From NCBI RefSeq assembly GCF_030028105.1, contig NC_092370.1, forward strand, positions 125,018,221 through 125,082,220: a stretch of DNA of 64,000 nucleotides, in the 5' to 3' direction. Positions 62,117 to 64,000 of the stretch are shown piece after piece. Made by a program: the position numbers and the translations under genes. The notes below the pieces were generated by a model. The model was not told where the DNA came from, made no database searches, and saw only the letters and a list, made by a program, of their open reading frames with translations. The stretch comes from Mobula birostris. Its lineage: Eukaryota. How positions within the stretch are numbered: the stretch's first letter is position 1; the number at the start of each line of letters is the position of its first letter.

Positions 62117-63500
62117 AACACACACAAAATGCTAGGGAAACTCAGCAGGCCAGGTGGCATCTATGGAAAAGAGTACGGTCGACGTTTTGGGCCAAGACTC
62201 TTCAGCGGGAATGGAGAAGAAAAGCTGAGTAGATTTAAAAGGTGGAGGAGAGGAGGGAGAAACACAAGGTGATAGGTGAAACCGGGAAGGGGAGGGGGAA
62301 GTAAAGAGCTGGGAAGTTGAATGATGGAAGAGCTACAGGGTTGGAGAAGAGAGAATGTAATAGGGGAGGACAAGCCCATGGAAGGAAAAAAAAGGGGGTA
62401 GAAGCACCGGAGGGAGGTGATGGGCGGGCAAGGCGATATGGTGAGAGGGGGAAAAGGGGATTGGGGAATAGTGAAGGGGGATGGGGGCGTTACCAGAAGT
62501 TTGAGAAATCGATGTTCTTGCCATCAAGTTGAAAGCTACCCAGACAGAATGTAAGGTCTTGATCCTCCAACCTGAGTATGGCCTCATTGCAACAGCAGAG
62601 TAGGCTATAGGTAGGTATATCTGAATGGAAATGGGAAGTGGAATTAAAATGGGTGGCCGCTGGAAGATCCCGTTTCTTCTGGTGGACAAAGCATAGGTGC
62701 TCAATGAAGCGGTCTTTCAATCTACGTCAGGTCTCACTGATTTATAGGAGGCCACACCAGGAGCACCAAAAACAGTATATGACCCCAACAGACTCACAGG
62801 TGAAATATCACCAAACCTTAAAGGACTGTTTGGGGCCTTGAATGGGAGTGAGTGAGGAGGTGTAGGGGCAAGTGTAGCATTTGTTCCACTTCCAAGGATA
62901 AGTGCCAGGAGGGAGATCAATGGGAAGAGATGAATGGACAAAAGAGTTGCTTAGGGAAGGATCCCTGTGGAAAGGAGAAAGTGGGGGGGAGAGAAAGGTG
63001 TATTGGTGGTTGGATCCATTGGCAATGATGGAAGTTACGGAGAATTGCGTGCTGGATGCGGAAACTGGTGGGGTGATAGGTGAGGACAATAGGACCCCCA
63101 TCCCTGGTAGAGTGACGGGCGGATGGGGTGAGAGTAGACTTGCATGAAATGGACGAGATGCAGTTGAGGGCAGTATTGATGGTGGAGGAAGCTCCTTTCT
63201 TTGAAAAGGAGGACATCTCTGTTCAGGTATGTAAAACTTCATCCTGAGTGCAGATGTGACGGAGTCAAAGGCATTGACAAAAGTTGATGGCATTTTTACA
63301 AGTAACAGGGTGAGAAGAGGTCTAGTCCTGCTAGCTGTGAGAGTCCATGGGTTTATAATTGATAAGCTGCCTCCAGAGGTAGGGACAGAAACGTTGACTG
63401 TACTCTTTTCCATAGTTGCTGCCTGGCCTTTTGAGTCCCTCCAGCATTTTGTGTGTGTGTTGCTTGGATTTCCTGCATTTGCAGATTTTCTCTTGTTTAA
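62117..63500 (-). mobile_element. Penelope-like element 3' half (RT C-terminus, GIY-YIG endonuclease, pLTR) with inverted pLTR at 5' junction
   Basis: PIVLTYHPTS, PGTYPWKWNKCYTCPY, VIYCFWCSWCGLLYISET, DRFIEH...PAATHFN. 63390-63500 is the inverted copy of 62117-62190. Confidence 0.9.
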
Positions 63501-63627
63501 GATTAATCCCTCATTCATTTATCCCACAATAAACCCTATCACATTGTGGTTGAGGGAGCTTACAGTGGGCCTTTATCTACAATAGTCAATGTTTCTTCAC
63601 TGCTGACAACACAATTTGGAAAGATGT

Positions 63628-64000
63628 TCATGCAAAGCTCATTCAGAAAGTAATGAAGCATGGGATCCAAGGAGACCTTGCTTTGTGGATCCAGAATTGG
63701 CTTGCCCACAGAAGGCAAAGGGTGATTGTAGATAGTTTGTATTCTACATGGAGGTTGGTGACCATTGGTGTTCCACAGGGATCTGTTTTGGGACCCCTCC
63801 TCTTTGTGATTTTTATAAATGACCTGGATGATGAAGTAGAAGGGTGGGTTAGTAAGTTTGTTGATGACACAAAAGTTAGGAGTGTTGTAGGTAGTCTGGA
63901 GGGTTGTCAGAGGTTACAGAGGGACATTGATAGGATGCAGAACTGGGCTGAGAAGTGGCAGATGGAATTCAACCCAGATTAGTGTGAAGTGGTTCATTTT
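63628..64000 (+). mobile_element. CR1 RT fragment (continues past window)
   Basis: WIQNWLAHRRQRV...GVPQGSVLGPLLFVIFINDLD...KFVDDTK...WQMEFNPD. Confidence 0.92.

Overview
Eukaryotic (vertebrate) non-genic or intronic DNA. The repeat mix (V-SINEs, Deu-domain SINEs, CR1, Rex1/Babar, Penelope-like, Tc1) points to a cartilaginous fish, probably a ray; this taxon call is inference. No host protein-coding exon, rRNA, true tRNA or CRISPR array could be supported. Almost all longer ORFs are transposon fragments. The window is a dense, repeatedly nested transposon graveyard: a CR1 ORF2 split by four insertions (30.3-37.5 kb), a near-complete HERO-type (R2-superfamily, RT plus restriction-like endonuclease) retrotransposon (37.6-42.6 kb, minus), several Tc1 copies, a four-layer SINE/hAT nest, an L1/Tx1 3' half, RTE pieces, a Chapaev3 derivative with TTA TSD, and many Penelope-like pseudo-LTRs. 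The strongest signal is RNA structure. (1) The HERO element has its ~180-bp 3' end duplicated at its 5' end, and this repeat folds into a hammerhead-like ribozyme whose strands are in a non-circularly permuted order. (2) A non-autonomous RTE-like element inserted into the HERO RT starts with an HDV-like ribozyme carrying an extra hairpin in L3. (3) The Penelope pLTRs carry minimal type-I hammerheads. All folds were assigned by eye and are untested. Boundaries of old repeats are approximate (about +/-30 bp) unless a TSD or TIR is quoted.
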